Shown here: piece by piece, positions 25,795-39,214 of the stretch
Layout of the letters: each line of letters starts with the position of its first letter
Numbering within the stretch: the stretch's first letter is position 1
Assembly (NCBI RefSeq): GCF_018350175.1
Contig: NC_058368.1
Coordinates: 88,972,001-89,036,000, forward strand
Reading direction: 5' to 3'
DNA from: Felis catus
Lineage: Eukaryota
Length of the DNA stretch: 64,000 bases
Notes under the pieces: model-generated
Seen by the model: only the letters and a program-made list of their open reading frames with translations
Told to the model about the DNA's origin: nothing
Database searches by the model: none
Program-made: the position numbers and the translations under genes

Positions 25795-28700
25795 TATTTT
25801 TAGCAACATGGCAGAGAAGCAGGGGGATCCATATGTCACACGTCTCTCAAACAAAGGACTTTGAACTCCAGAGCCTGGGAGGAAAAGAAGAAAGGAAGAA
25901 AATTGAAAATCTGGAAAAAAGATAGAAAGGAAGATAGAAGGAAGATAGAAAAAAGAAGAAAGGAAGAAAATTGGAAATCTGGAAAAAAGATAGGTGGGTA
26001 ACTGCGAACTGGGGGAGATAAAAAAAAAGCCCATGTGGGCAAGGAGGGGAGGGACCCCCTTCTGCAGAGAGACAAAGGGAAGAGAAAGAGCAGCTAGGGA
26101 AGTGCAGGACCTTAGCTGAACATGAGAAAGACCTTGGACTGAGCCTGAGAGGGATCTCTAACTGTGGGGCTTTCTTCGGACAGGGGCCGGCTCCCTGTTC
26201 CTGCACCTGGGGTGGAGGGGAGCCAGCCCTGGGTGCGGTGGTAAGCCAGAGGCCTAGTCTGCAGCTGGAGAAAGTGGCTCCCTCCCTGGAGGGCTGCATG
26301 ACAGCACAGAACCTGCCTGCATCCGCCACCCCAGATTGCAGTGGCCCGGCCGAGGTCTCAGTCTGCAGGAGGATAAGGCGGCTGTTTCTCTGGAGGGCTG
26401 TGGGAAAGGACAAAGCCTGCCTGCGTCCACGACCCCAGGGGCTTGCGGTGACGGAAGTGGCTCTCAGTCTGCAACAGAAGTCAGTCCTCCCTGAAGTGTG
26501 GCGGCACAGACAAAGCCAGCTGGGACCACATATCGCCGTACTGAGAGGCACTTCCCCAGCACCAGAGCGCATGGAGTGAGACTTTGAATCCTAGCCAAGC
26601 GCAGGGTCAGGGGAGTTGGTGGAGCGAGAAGTACCACCCCGTCTGCGCCCACGGCACAGTGAGGATGACTCAAATGGAATCCACTGGCTCCAGCTCCATG
26701 GAGAAGAGACTGGAAGATCACCATTCCCCCCCTCCCACCACCACCAAGGTGGGGCCTCAGGGATCACTCCCAGGCCCCATAGTGGAGGTGGGTTTAGAAT
26801 ACACCAAACCACACCCCCTTGCACTGGGTAACTGCACATCCACCTGAACAGCACAGACCCTGCAAACAGCTGTTCCCGACAAGCGATGCAACATTGCCTG
26901 GATTAACACTAAGCCAATTCTGGATACATAGATATATTCATCCCCCACCCCATTTCTCCTCCTTATCTCTTCCCTCCCCTCTGCAGGTTACTCTTTATTG
27001 GTCTGTCTAAACAGGCATATTTAATCCATTGTCTTGATACATGTTCTACACCTCCTTCTTTACACTCCTTTCTCTCTCTCTGGGATAATCAAGCCATATA
27101 GTTTCTCTGTCTGAGTAATTTTATCTTCATTTCATTTTCCCCACCTCCTTCTTTATTTTCCTTTCTATTTCTCTGGATTAAGCCTTTTAATCTCTCTGCC
27201 TAATCAACATTTATCCCCCCCAACCCCCCAGCCCCTCTCCTGTTATTTCTCTCTTTGTATGTGCTCTTACATCAGCACTGCCTCCACCCTCTTCTTTACT
27301 TGTAGTCGGTGTTTTGGGGATTTTTGTTTTTAATCTTTAGGTTTTTGTTTCTGTTTATTTGTGTTATTTGTTTGTGTGTTTTTGTCTCCTGTTTGTCTAT
27401 CTGTTTTCCTTTACAGGGCTACTCCAAGGAACAAGTCAAAGCACACCTTGTGGAGGGTACAAAATATTACTACGAGTAGGGTAATAAAATAACCAAATTC
27501 ACAACATCAGAGAGCAAGTAACAATGCCTGAAAAAACACTTCCTGAAGGACCAGGCTCTGGACAGTGTATGACCCTCCTTTAATATAGCAATGCTCACAG
27601 GTGCAGAGCACACAAGCTTTTAAAATGCATAAGGGACAGAAAACTAGGCAAAATGATGAAATGGATTAATTCTCCTCAAAAGAAACTCCAGGAAGTAGCG
27701 ACAGCTAACAAATTGACCAAAAACAATTTAAACAATATAACGGAACAAGAATTTAGATTAATAGTCATAAATCACTGGGCTTGAAAAAAGCATAGAGGAC
27801 ACCAGAGAATCTATTGCTACAGAGATCAAGGGACTAAAAAATAGTCATGATGAATTAAAAAATGCTATAAAAGAGGTGCAAAATAAAATGGAGATGGCCA
27901 TAGCATGAATTGAAGAGGCAGAGGAGAGAATAGGCGAATTGGAAGATAAAATTGTAGAAAAAGAGGAAGCTGAGAAAAAGAGAGATAAAAAAAATCCAGG
28001 TATATGAGGGGAGACTTAGAGAACTAAGTGATGCAATCAAATGGAACAATAACCATATCATAGGAATTCCAGAAGAACAGAGAGAAAGGGGCTGAAGGTG
28101 TACTTGAACAAATTATAGCTGAGAATTTCCCTGATCTGGGGGAGGAAACAGACATTGATCCAAGAGGCACAGAGAACTCCCTTCAGACATAACTTGAATC
28201 GATCTTCTGCATGACATAACATAGTGAAACTGGCAAAATACAAGGATAAAGAGAAAATTCTGAAAGCAGCTAGGGATAAACATGCTCTAATTTACAGAGG
28301 TAGACCCATAAGAGTAGTCACGGACCTATCTACTGAAAGTTGGCAGGCCAGAAAGAATGGCAGGAAATCTTTAATGTGATGAACAGAAAAAATGCAGCCA
28401 AGAATCCTTTATCCAGCAAGCCTGTCATTCAGAATGGAAGGAGAGATGCAGGTTTTCCCAAACAAACAAAAACTGAAGGGATTCATCACCACTAAACCAG
28501 CCCTACAAGAGATCCTAAGAGGTATTGTGTGAGTGAAATGTTGCAAGGACCACGAAGTAACAGAGACACCACTACAAGCATAAAACCTACAGCCATCACA
28601 ATGACTCTAAACCCATATCTTTCGATAATAACACTGAATGTAAATGGACTAAATGCTCCAACCTAAAGACATAGGGTATCAGAATGGATTAAAAAAACAA

Positions 28701-30945
28701 GACCCATCTATTTGCTGTCTACAAGAGACTCATTTTAGACCTGAGGACACCTTCAGATTAAAGTGAGGGGTTGGAGAACTATCATGCTACTGGAAGTCAC
28801 AAGAAAGCTGGAGTAGCCATACTTATATCAAAAAAACTAGACTTGAAATTAAAAGCTGTAATATGAGATGAAGAAGGGCATTATATAATAATTACAGAGT
28901 CTATCTATCAGGAAGAGCTAACAATTATCAATGTCTATGTGCTGAATACAGGAGCCCCCAAATATATAAAACAATCACAAACATAAGCAACCTTATTGAT
29001 AAGAATGTGGTAATTGCAGGGGACTTTAATACTCCACTTACAACAATGGATAGATAATCTAGACACAGGACCAATAAAGAAACAAGGGCCCTGAATGATA
29101 CATTGGATCAGATTGGCTTGACAGATATATTTAGAACTCTGCATCCTAAACCAACAGAATATACTTTCTTCTCAAGTGCACATGGAACCTTCTCCAAGAT
29201 ATATCACATACTGGGTCACAAAACAGCCTTTCATAAGTATAAAAGAATTGAGATCATACCATGCACACTTTCAGACCACGATGCTATGAAGCTTGAAATC
29301 AACCACAGGAAAGTCTGGAAAACCTCCAAAAGCATGGAGGTTAAAGAACACCCTACTAAAGAATGAATGGGTCAACCAGGCAATTAGAGAAGAAATTAAA
29401 AAATATATGGAAACAAATGAAAATGAAAATACAACAATCCAAATGCTTTGGGATGCAGCGAAGGCAGTCCTGAGAGGAAAATACATTGCAATCCAGGCCT
29501 ATCTCCAGAAACAAGAAAAATTCCAAATACAAAATCTAACAGCACACCTAAAGGAAACAGAAGCACAACAGCAAAGACACCCCAAACCCAGCAGATTAAG
29601 ATAAATAATAAAGATCAGAGCAGAAATAAACAATATAGAATCTAAAAAAAAAAACACAGTAGAGCAGATCAATGAAAGAGTTGGTTTTTTGAAAAAATAA
29701 ACAAAACTGATAAACCTCTAGCCAGGCTTCTCAAAAAGAAAAGAGAGAGGACCCAAATTCATAAAATCATGAATGAAAATGGAATTATTACAACCAATCC
29801 CTCAGAAATATAAGCAATTATCAGGGAATACTATGAAAAATTATATGCCAACAAACTGGACAACCTGGAAGAAATGAACAAATCCTAAGCACCCACACAC
29901 TTCCAAAACTCAATCAGGAGGAAATAGAAATTTGAACAGACCCATAACCAGTGAAGAAATTGAATAAGTTATCAAAAATCTCCTGAAAAATAAGAGTCCA
30001 GGACCAGATGGATTCCCGGGGAATTCTACCAGACATTTAAAGCAGAGATAATACCTATCCTTCTCAAGCTGTTCCAAAAAATAGAAAGGGAAGGAAAACT
30101 TCCAGACTCATTCTATGAAGCCAGCATTACTTTGATTCCTAAACCAGACAGAGACCCAGCAAAAAAGGCGAACTACAGGCCAATATCCTGATGAGTATGG
30201 ACGCATAATTCTCAATAAGATACTAGCAAATCGAATTCAACAGCATATAAAAAGAATTATTCACCAGGGATTCATTCCTGGGCTACAGGACTGGTTCAAT
30301 ATTCACAAATCAATGTGATACACCACATTAATAAAAGAAAAGATAAGAACCATATGATCCTGTCAATCGATGCAGAAAAAGCATTTGACAAAATTCAGCA
30401 TCCTTGCTTAATAAAAACCCTCGAGAAAGTTGGGATAGAAGGAACATACTTAAACACCATAAAAGCCATTTATGAAAAGTCCACAGCTACCATCATCCTC
30501 AATGGGGAAAAACTGAGAGCTTTCCCCCCGAGATCAGGAACATGACAGGGATGTCTACTCTCACTGCTGTTGTTTAACATGGTGTTGGAAGTTCTAGCAT
30601 CAGCAATCAGACAACAAAAAGAAATCAAAGGCATAAAAATTGGCAAAGATGAAGTCAAGCTTTCACTTTTTGCAGATGACATGATATTATACATGGAAAA
30701 CCCGACAAACTCCACCAAAGTCTGCTAGAACTGATACGTGAATTCAGCAAAGTCATAGGATACAAAATTAATGTACAGAAATCAGTTTCAGTCTTATACA
30801 CTAATAATGAAGCAACAGAAAGACAAATAAAGAAACTGATCCCATTCACAGTTGCACCAAGAATCATAAAATACCTAGGAGTAAACCTAACAAAGATGTA
30901 AAAGATCTGTATGCTGAAAACTATAGAAACCTTATGAAGGAAATT
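25795..30945 (+). mobile_element. L1 with 5'UTR, ORF1 (~27653-28530) and ORF2 (from 28601), 3'-truncated; disabled
   Basis: Endonuclease motifs (TLNVNGLN, CCLQETH, SDHDAMKLE) and RT motifs ([19 protein letters not shown] at ~30668). Many stops and frameshifts. Ends abruptly at 30945. Confidence 0.95.
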
Positions 30946-32507
30946 TTTTGGAACAGCTTCAAAAGAATAGGTGTTAACTCTTCCTTAAATATTTGGTAGA
31001 ATTCCCCTGGAAAGCCATCTGGCCCTGGACCCTTATTTTTTGGCAGATTTTTGATTACTAATTCGATTTCTTTACTGGTTATGGGTCTGTTCAAATTTTC
31101 TGTTTCTTCCTGTTTTAGTTTTGGTAGTGTATGTTTCTAGGAATTTGTCCATCACTTCCAAATTGCCCATTTTATTGGTGTATAATTGCTCATAATATTC
31201 TCTTACTATTGTTTTTATTTCTGCTGTGTTGGTTATGATTTCTCTTCTTTCATTCTTGATTTTATTTATTTGGGTCCTTTCCTTTTCCTTTTGATAAAAC
31301 TAGCTAGTGGTTTATCAATTTTAATTCCTTCCAAGAACCAGCTTCTTGTTTCATTGATCTGTTCTACTGTTTTTTTGGTTTCAGTAGCTTTAATTTCTGC
31401 TCTAATCTTTATTATTTCCTGTCTTCTGCTGGTTTGGGGTTTTGTTTACTGTTCTTTTTCCAGCTCCTTAAGGCATAAGGTTAGTTTGTGTATCTGAGAT
31501 CTTTCTTCCTTCTTTAGGAAGGCCTGGATTGCTATACACATTCCTCTTATCACCACCTTTCCTGCATCCCAGAGGTTTTGTGTTGTGGTGTTATCATTTT
31601 CATTGGCTTCCATGAACTTTTTAATTTCCTCTTTAACTTCTTGGTTAGCCCATTCATTGTTTAGTAGGATTTTCTTTAGTCTCCAAGTATTTGTTACCTT
31701 TCCAAATTTTTTCTTGTGGTTGATTTCGAGTTTCATAGCATTGTGGTCTGAAAACATGCACGGTATGATCTCAAACTTTTTGTACTTCTTGAGGGCTGTT
31801 TTGTCTCCCAGTGTGTGGTCTATTCTTGAGAACATTCCATGTTCAATGGAGAAGCATGTATATTCTGCTGCTTTAGAATGAAATGTTCTGAATGTAACTG
31901 TTAAGTCCATCTGGTCCAGTGTCATTCAAAGCCATTGTTTCCTTGTTGATTTATTGATTACATTATCTGTCCATTGCTGTGAGTGGGGTGTTGAAGTCCC
32001 CTACTATTATGGTATTACTATCAATGAGTTTCTTTATGTTTGTGATTAATTGATTTATATATTTGGGTTTGGCGCATAAATGTTTGGCGCATAAATGTTT
32101 ACAGCTGTTAGGTCTTCTTTGTGGATAGACCCCTTAATTATTATATAATGCCCCTCTTCATCTCTTGATACAGTCTTTATTTTAAAGTCTAGATTGTCTG
32201 ATATAAGTATGGCTACTCTGGCTTTCTTTTGTTGACCATTAGCATGATAGATCGTTCTCCATCCCCTTACTTTCAATCTGAAGGTCTCTTTAGTAAGTCG
32301 GTCTCTTGTAAACAGCATATAGATGGATCTTGTTTTCTTATCCATTCTGTTACCCTATGTCTTTTGATTGGAGCATTGAGTCCATTGACCTTTAGAGTGA
32401 ATACTGAAAGATATGAATTTATTGCCATTATGTTGCTTGTAGAGTTGGAGTTTCTGGTAGTGTTCTCTGGCCTTTTCTAGTCTTTGTTGCTTTTGGTCTT
32501 TATTTAC

Positions 32508-32545
<38 letters not shown>

Positions 32546-35141
32546 ATCTTTTCTCCCCTCAGAGAGTCCCCTTTAAAATTACTTGCAGGGCTGGTTTACT
32601 GGTCACAAACTCCTTTAATTTTTGTTTGTCTGTGAAACTTTTTATCTCTCCTTCTATTTTGAATGACAGCCTTACTGGATAAAGAATTCTTGGCTGCATA
32701 TTTTTCTGATTCAGCACACTGAATATATCCTGCCACTCTCTTCAGGCCTGCCAAGTTTCTGTGGATAGGTCTGCTGCAAACCTGATCTGTCTTCCCTTGC
32801 AGGTTAAGGGCTTTTTTTTCCCTTGCTGCTTTCATGATTCTCTCCTTGCCTGAATATTTTGTTAATTTGACTATGATATGCCTTGTTGATGGTCGGTTTT
32901 TGTTGAATCTAATGGCAGTCTTCTGTGCTTCCTGGATTTTGATGTCTGTGTCTTTCCCCAGGTTAGGAAAGTTTTCCACTATGGTTTGCTCACATAACCC
33001 TTCTAACCCTATTTCTCTCTCTTCCTCTTCTTGGCCCTCTATGATTCTGATGTTGTTCCTTTTTAATGAGTCATTGATTTCTCTAATTCTTAAATCATGC
33101 TTTTTTGCTTTAATCTCCCTCTTTTGTTCTGCTTCATTATTTTCCATAAGTTTGTCCTCTATATTCTGATTCTCTGTTCTGCCTCATCCATCCTTGCCAC
33201 CATGGCATCCATTTGAGATTGCAGCTCAGTTATAGCATTTTTTATTTCATCCTGATTAGTCTTTACTTCTTTTATCTCTGCATAAAGGGATTCTAATCTA
33301 TGTTTGACTCCAGCTAGTATTCTTATTATCATGATTCTAAATTCTGGTTCAGACATTTTGCTTGTATCTGTGTTGGTTAAGTCCCTGACTGTCATTTCTT
33401 CCTGCTCTTTCTTTTGGGGTTAATTCCTTCGTTTTGCCATTTTGAAGGGAGAAAAAGAACTAATGGTATAAAAAATTAAAATAAAAAAATTAATATTAAA
33501 AAATATTAAAATTAAAAAACACACACACACACACACACAATCGAATAAATGATGCTATATCCTGGGTGTAGTTTGGTTTGGGTGTTGAAAGGGGCTTGAT
33601 AGATTAGAGAAAAATGGGGAAAGAAAAAAAAGGAAATCATTTGAAAATTTGAAAAAATGAATACACTGAAGTAGACTAAATTGAAATGATGGAAGTAAAA
33701 TAGAATTTGAAAAAATGTACACAAAAGTAAAAAATATAGTAGAACAAAATTAAAGAAATTTTTTTAATAAATTGAAAATAAAATTGAATTTTTTCTCTTT
33801 CTATATTCAACAAAAAGAAATGAAAAAGAGAAAAAAGAGAAAGAAGAAAGACATTGAATAGATGGACCTGTGAACAGAGTGAAATATGACTGAAATTACT
33901 TCGTTTTCCTCTAGAAGTCAAACTATGAAGCACTTTATAGTCCATAAACTAAGCAGGTGGAGAGATTTGTGTTCCTGAAGAGTGAGGTTGGCCCAGATGG
34001 ACAGGGCTAGTGTAATGGCTCCACTCTCCACTAGGTGGCGCTGCTTAGCTTACTGTGGTGGATTGTTGTGGCGCTTGTAGGTGCGTATGCACATTCGTGA
34101 GAGCAGTGAAAATGGCATCACCCAGCTACCCAGTCTCTAGTATCAGAACTCTGTTCTCCCTGATCAGCAATGCATACCCTTCCTTTGTCTCCAGCTTCTG
34201 TCCACTCTCTGCTTTTACACAGTCCGTGAACAAGTCCCAGGCAACACCTCCCTCCTGAGTTTTGTTTCCGATGTGGCTGTTTTTCCCAACCCCTTACTTC
34301 TGAAGGACTATGGCTTTGACCCGTTCTGTCCCTCTGCCAAGGGTCTCACTGAGCAATGGCCAGGTGCCGGCCGCACCCAGGAATGTTTGCTTGTCTGTGC
34401 TGCTGCCGATGCCCAGAGACTGTGGCTGGGTGCCAGCCCACCCCAGAAAAAGTTCACAAGATAGTTAAAAGCAGCATTTCAGGAATTATGGAAAATCACA
34501 ACACACATCTGGCACCAGGCTCTACCCTCAATGACCTTGTTCCAGCACCAGTGAATGTGGTTGTTCTCCCGGGTCCACTGGTGCCTTCCCTTTGGGGTAC
34601 CCACACAGCCTCTACCAGGTGTCCTCCCAGCAGGGAAACCACCTCTCCCTATGTGGCCTGAAGAACCAAGGACTCCACTCTCCTCCTGGGGATTCGCCCT
34701 TGCCACCAGAGCACTGCCAGGTATCCAGCTGTGGAGTTTCAGTCTCTGCGCTCTCCTGTTTCTAGTCTTAATAGAATTTAAACCCTCTCACTTCTCCTTT
34801 CTCCCTCTTAATTCAGTCCCTGCAGCTGTTTCCATGTTTCCCCTTTCTCTCCAGCTGCTTTTTTTTTGGGGGGGTGCTTTTCCCATATTCTCCCCCCCCC
34901 ATCTCTGTCCTCTCTCCCATGCAAAAGCAGCTCCCTGCCCTCTGTGGCTTCTCTCCTCCCAGTTTACCTCTCCACACTGTGTACCTGCTGAATTCTGTGG
35001 TTCAGGTTGTGCAGATTGTTGTGTTAATCCTCATATCAGTTTTCTAGGTGTGCAGGATGGTTTAGTGTTAGTCTGGCTGTATTTCATGGATGGGAGACAC
35101 ACAAAAAACTTCCATGCTGTTCCACCATCTTGGCTCCCCCC
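30946..35141 (-). mobile_element. L1 with 5'UTR, ORF1 and 5' part of ORF2, 3'-truncated; disabled
   Basis: 5' end GGGGGGAGCCAAGATGG at ~35141. ORF1 peptides in 32596-33395 and endonuclease peptides in 31446-32345. Confidence 0.95.
32506..32545. repeat. (TTG)n microsatellite in L1 inter-ORF region
   Basis: Perfect TTG run. Confidence 0.95.
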
Positions 35142-36235
35142 TCTTTCCATTTCTCTTTTTTGGAACACTTTGAGAATAGTAGGTATTAGCTCTTCTTAAG
35201 TGTCCAGTAAAAAACCCCTGGGAAGCCATCTGGCCCAGGACTCTTATTTGTTGGGAGATTTTTGACAACTGATTGAATTTCTTTGCTTGTTATGGGCCTG
35301 TTCAAATTTCCTATTTCTTACCATTTGAGTTTTGATAGTTTGTGAGTGTCTAGAAATTTGTCCATTTCTTCAAGATTGTCCAATTTTTTGGTATATAATT
35401 TTTCATAGTATTTTCTTACAATTGTATTTCTGTGGTGTTGGTTGTGATCTCCCTTCTTTCATTTGTAATTTTATCTGTTTGTATCTTCCCTCTTTTCTTT
35501 TTGAGAAGTCTGGCTAGGGATTACCAAATTTGTTTATTCTTTCAAAAAACCAGCTCTTCATTTCATTGACCTCTTCTGTTCTTTTCTTGTGTGTTGGGGG
35601 GGGGGGAGGAATTCTACATCATTTATTTGTGCTCTAATCTTTATTATTTTCTTTCTTCTGCTGGCTTTGGGCTTTATTTGCTGCTACTTTCTACCTCCTT
35701 TAGGTGTAAGGTTAGGCTGTGTATTTGGGACTTTTCTTGTTTCTTGAGATAGGCCTGAATTGTAATGTATTTTCCTCTTAGGACTGCCTTTGTGCATTCA
35801 AAGGTTTTGGACTGTCTTGTTTTCATTTTCACTTGCTTCTATGTATTTTTCAATTTCTTCTTAAATTTCCTAGTTAATCCATTCATTCTTTAGTAGGATG
35901 TTCCTTAACTTCAATGTATTTGAAGGCTTTCCAAATTCTTTCTTGTGTTGATTTCAAGTTTCATAGTGTTGTCACCTGAGAATATGTATGGTTTGATCTC
36001 AATCTTTTTGTACCTGTTAAGGGCTGTTTTGTGACCCAATATGTGATCTCTTCTGAAGAATGTTCCATGTGCATTTGACAAGAGTGTGTATTCTGATGCT
36101 CTAGGATGAAATATTCGGAAGATATATTTTAAGTCCATCTGGTCCAATGTGTAATTCATAGCCATTGTTTCCTTGTTGAGTTTCTACTTATATGATCTGT
36201 CCATTTCTGTGAGTGGAATTTTAAAGTCTCTTACA

Positions 36236-36462
36236 GGGGCACCCGGGTGGCTCAGTCGGTTGAGCATCCGACTTCGGCTCAGGTCATGATCTCACAGTCC
36301 GTGAGTTCGAGCCCCACATCAGGCTCTGTGCTGATGGTTCAGAGCCTGGAGGCTGCTTTGGATTCTGTGTCTCCCTCTCTCTTTGCCCCTCCCCTGCTCA
36401 TGCTCTGTCTCTGTCTCAAAAATAAATAAAAACATTTTTAAAAATTTTAAAAATAAAAAAAT
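36236..36462 (+). mobile_element. Can-SINE in L1
   Basis: SINE head and tail with imperfect TSD AAAGTCTCTTACA / AAAGTCTTTTACA. Confidence 0.93.
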
Positions 36463-37640
36463 AAAGTCTTTTACAATTATGGTATTATTATCAATAAGTT
36501 TGCTTATGTTTGTGATTAATTGATCTATATATTTGGGTTTCCACATTGGGGGCATAAATATTTACAATTGTTAGCTCTTCCTGATCAATAGACCCCTTAA
36601 TTATGATATAATGCCCTTCTTCATCTCTTGTTACAGTCTTTGTTGTAAAAATCTAATGTGTCTGATATAAGTATGGCTACTCCATCTTTATTTTAGCTTC
36701 TATTAGCATGATAGATTGTTCTCCATCCCCTCACTTTCAATCTGCATGTGTCCTTAGGTCTAAAATGAGTCTCTTGTAGGCAGCATATAGATGGATCTTG
36801 GTTTTTTATCCGTTCTGAAACTCTATGTCTTTTGATTGGGGTATTTAGTCCATTTACAGTTAGAGTGATTATTGAAAGAGATGAATTTAATGCCATTGTG
36901 TTATCTGTAGAGTTGCTGTTTGTGGTGATGCTCTGGTCCTTTGTAATTTTTGCTGCTTTCCCCTCACAGAGTCTCCCTAGAATCTCTTTCAGGGCTGATT
37001 TAATGGTCAACAAGCTCCTTTGGTTTTTGTTTTCCTGGAGAAGTTTTTATCTCTCCTTATATTCTTTATGACAGCTTTGGTGGATAAAGGATTCTGGCTG
37101 CATATTTTTCCTATTCAGCATATTGACTATTTCTTGCCACTCTCTTCTGGCCTGTCACGTTTCAGTGAACAGGTCTGCTATTAACCTCATGAGTCTACCC
37201 TTGTATGTTAAGGACCATTTGTCCCTAGCTGCTTACAGAATCTCTCTTTATCTTTGTATTTTGCCAGTTTCACTATGATATGTCATGGTGTTCACATGTT
37301 TTTGTTGATTTTGAAGGGAATTCTCTGTGCCTCTTGGACTTCTATGCCTGCATCCTTCCCCACTTTAGGGAACTTTTCAGTTATAATTTGTTCAAATAAA
37401 CCTTCTGCCCCCTTTTCTCGCTTTTCTTTTTCTGGGACTCCTGTGATACAGATATTGTTTCATTTCATGAAGTCACTTAGTTCGCTAATTCTCCCCTCAT
37501 GATCTAGTAATTTTCTTTCCCTCTTTTTTCAGCTTCATTATTTTCCATAATTTTATCTTCTATTTCACCTATTCTCTCCTCTGCTTCTTCAGTTCTCACT
37601 GCCACTGTGTCTAGTTTATTTTCCATCTCAGGTATAACAT

Positions 37641-39214
37641 TTTTTTTTTTTTAGTGATAAAAATTCATTTTATTAAAAGATATTTTCAGAGCTAACATTT
37701 TTTTAACCTAAGCTTAAACACTTTATTTGCTAGTCATTTGTTAAAATAGGAACCATTTTACAGGATATCAAGGTAAAGCATATTTATTTTATGAACCCAA
37801 AATACATGCTGAGTTTTCTTTTGCTCTATAAAATCATTATTATGTGTAGATTATAATTCATAATTCAATTGTCATTTAATAGCATTGAATTTCTATTTTA
37901 TACTATCATGACTTCCAACATACAGCAGTTTTCTAAAATGTGCTCAAAGTGGAGTGTATTTATATAATAGATGAAATATTATAGCTGTTATGGTGATTGG
38001 AATTGAATAGATATAGTATATGTAAAAAGTAGGGGTAACAATTTACAGTTATTTGATGTTGGTAGAAGCATTTTGATTAATATTAGTACTTTTCTTTTTT
38101 TTTTCATTTAATTTTTTATTTTTTTAAATTTACATCCAAATTACTTAGCATATAGTGCAACAATGATTTCAGGAGTAGATTTCTTAGTGCCCCTTACCCA
38201 TTTACCCCCATCCCCCCTCCCACAACCCCTCCAGTAACCCTCAGTTTGTTCTCCATATTTATGAGTCTCTTCTGTTTTGTCCCCCTCCCTGTTTTTATAT
38301 TATTTTTGTTTCCCTTCCCTTATGTTCATCTGTTTTGTCTCTTAAAGTCCTCATATCCGTGAAGTCATATGATTTTTGTCTTTCTCTGACTGACTAATTT
38401 CACTTAGCATAATATCCTTTAGTTCCATCCACGTAGTTGCAAATGTCAAGATTTCAATATTTTTGATTGCCGAGTAATACTCCATTGCCTGTATATACCA
38501 CATTTTCTTTATCCATTCATCCATTGATGGACATTTGGGCTCTTTCCATACTTAGGCTATTGTTAATAGTGCTGCTATAAATATGGGGGTGCATGTGTCC
38601 CTTCGAAACAGCACACCTGTATCCCGTGGATAAATGCCTAGTAGTGCAATTGCTGGGTCATAGGGTAGTTCTATTTTTAGTTTCTTGAGAAACCTCCATA
38701 CTGTTTTCGAGAGTGGCTGCACCAGCTTGCATTCCCACCAACAATGCAAAAGAGATCCTCTTTCTCTGCATCCTCACCACATCTGTTGTTGCCTGAGTTG
38801 TTAATGTTAGCCATTCTGACAGGTGTCAGGTGATATCTCATGGTGGTTTTGATTTGTATTTCCTTGATGATGAGTCAAGTTGAGCATTTTTTCATGTGTC
38901 GGTTGGCCATCTGGATGTCTTCTTTGAAGAAGTATCTATTCATGTATTTTGCCCATTTCTTCACTGGATTATTTGTTTTTTGGGTGTTGAGTCTGATAAG
39001 TTCTTTATAGATTTTGGATACTAACCCTTTATCTGATATGTCATTTGCAAATATCTTCTTCCATTCTGTCCATTGCCTTTTAGTTTGATGATTGTTTCCT
39101 TTGCTGTGCAGAAGTTTTTTATTTTGATGAGGTCCCAGTAGTTCATTTTTGCTTTTGCTTCCCTTGCCTCGGGAGACGTATTGAGTAAGAAATTGCTGCG
39201 GCCAAGATCAAAGA
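37641..39214 (-). mobile_element. 5'-truncated L1 (~38090-39214) plus ~440-bp 3'-transduced sequence
   Basis: ORF2 C-terminus ([12 protein letters not shown]) and 3'UTR. Two polyA tracts (~38090-38105 and 37641-37652). TSD AGGTATARCATTTTT at 37630 and 39215. Confidence 0.88.

Noticed and set aside
25847..26572. 241-aa minus-strand ORF
   Set aside because: Antisense to a GC-rich L1 5'UTR, ends in low-complexity sequence and has no recognisable domain; no support for an ORF0-like gene.
34555..35199. 214-aa plus-strand ORF
   Set aside because: Antisense to another L1 5'UTR, starts at GTG and shows no similarity to the other antisense ORF.
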